Below are positions 63,720-64,000 of a DNA stretch of 64,000 nucleotides, one piece after another. Each line of letters starts with the position of its first letter. Positions within the stretch are counted from its first letter, which is position 1. Under the pieces are notes generated by a model, which made no database searches, was not told the origin of the DNA, and was given only the letters and a program-made list of their open reading frames with translations. Position numbers and translations under genes: made by a program. The DNA comes from Eledone cirrhosa (taxonomy: Eukaryota): NCBI GenBank assembly GCA_964016885.1, contig OZ024748.1, forward strand, positions 52,142,001 through 52,206,000, given 5' to 3'.

Positions 63720-64000
63720 GGTGCCACAACAAAAAGCTCCCAGCCCACACTGTAAAGGGGTCGTTTTGGTGCCATGGTAAAAAACACCCAGTACACACTC
63801 AAAAGAGGTTGTTTTGGTTCCATGATAAAAAGAACCCCGTACACACTGTAAAGAGGTTGTTTTGGTGCTATGACAAAAAGCACCCAGTTCACACTGTAAA
63901 GTGGTCGTTTTGGTGCCACAACAAAAAGCTCCCAGCCCACACTGTAAAGTGGTCATTTTGATGTCATGATAAAAAACATCCAGCCCACACTGTAAAGTGG
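63720..64000 (+). repeat. 48-bp tandem array of the RTE 3' UTR module (at least 6 units, truncated by window end)
   Basis: Units start at 63721, 63769, 63817, 63865, 63913 and 63961; consensus gtgccatgacaaaaagcacccagcccacactgtaaagtggtcgttttg resembles 54431-54478. Confidence 0.92.

Overview
AT-rich, microsatellite-saturated eukaryotic DNA with no recognisable host gene. The SINE types, RTE LINEs and (TA)n density suggest an octopus/cephalopod genome (inference). The only intact long ORF is an RTE-clade LINE (51259-54378; APE endonuclease + RT) with a Cys4-His-Cys3 PHD-type finger inserted inside the RT region; two 5'-truncated RTE relatives lie at 1-1392 and 19231-19755. Almost all other ORFs in the track are simple-repeat artefacts. 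The less obvious content: (i) many short islands between (TA)n tracts are ends of Penelope-like elements (PLEs). About 15 minimal type I hammerhead ribozyme motifs (CTGANGA...GAAA...TH) can be folded by eye, many inside fold-back palindromes, one downstream of a decayed GIY-YIG ORF, and unrelated islands share a GAGTRC motif 40-76 nt from the (TA)n junction. (ii) The RTE 3' UTR and its dependent SINEs are built of tandem H-type pseudoknot-like modules, amplified into a 48-bp array with compensatory changes at 63720-64000. Also present: CORE-type and Nin/Deu-type SINEs, TTAA-flanked piggyBac-like MITEs, a Tigger/pogo transposase relic and several minisatellites. All folds and alignments were done by eye; coordinates of decayed elements are approximate.
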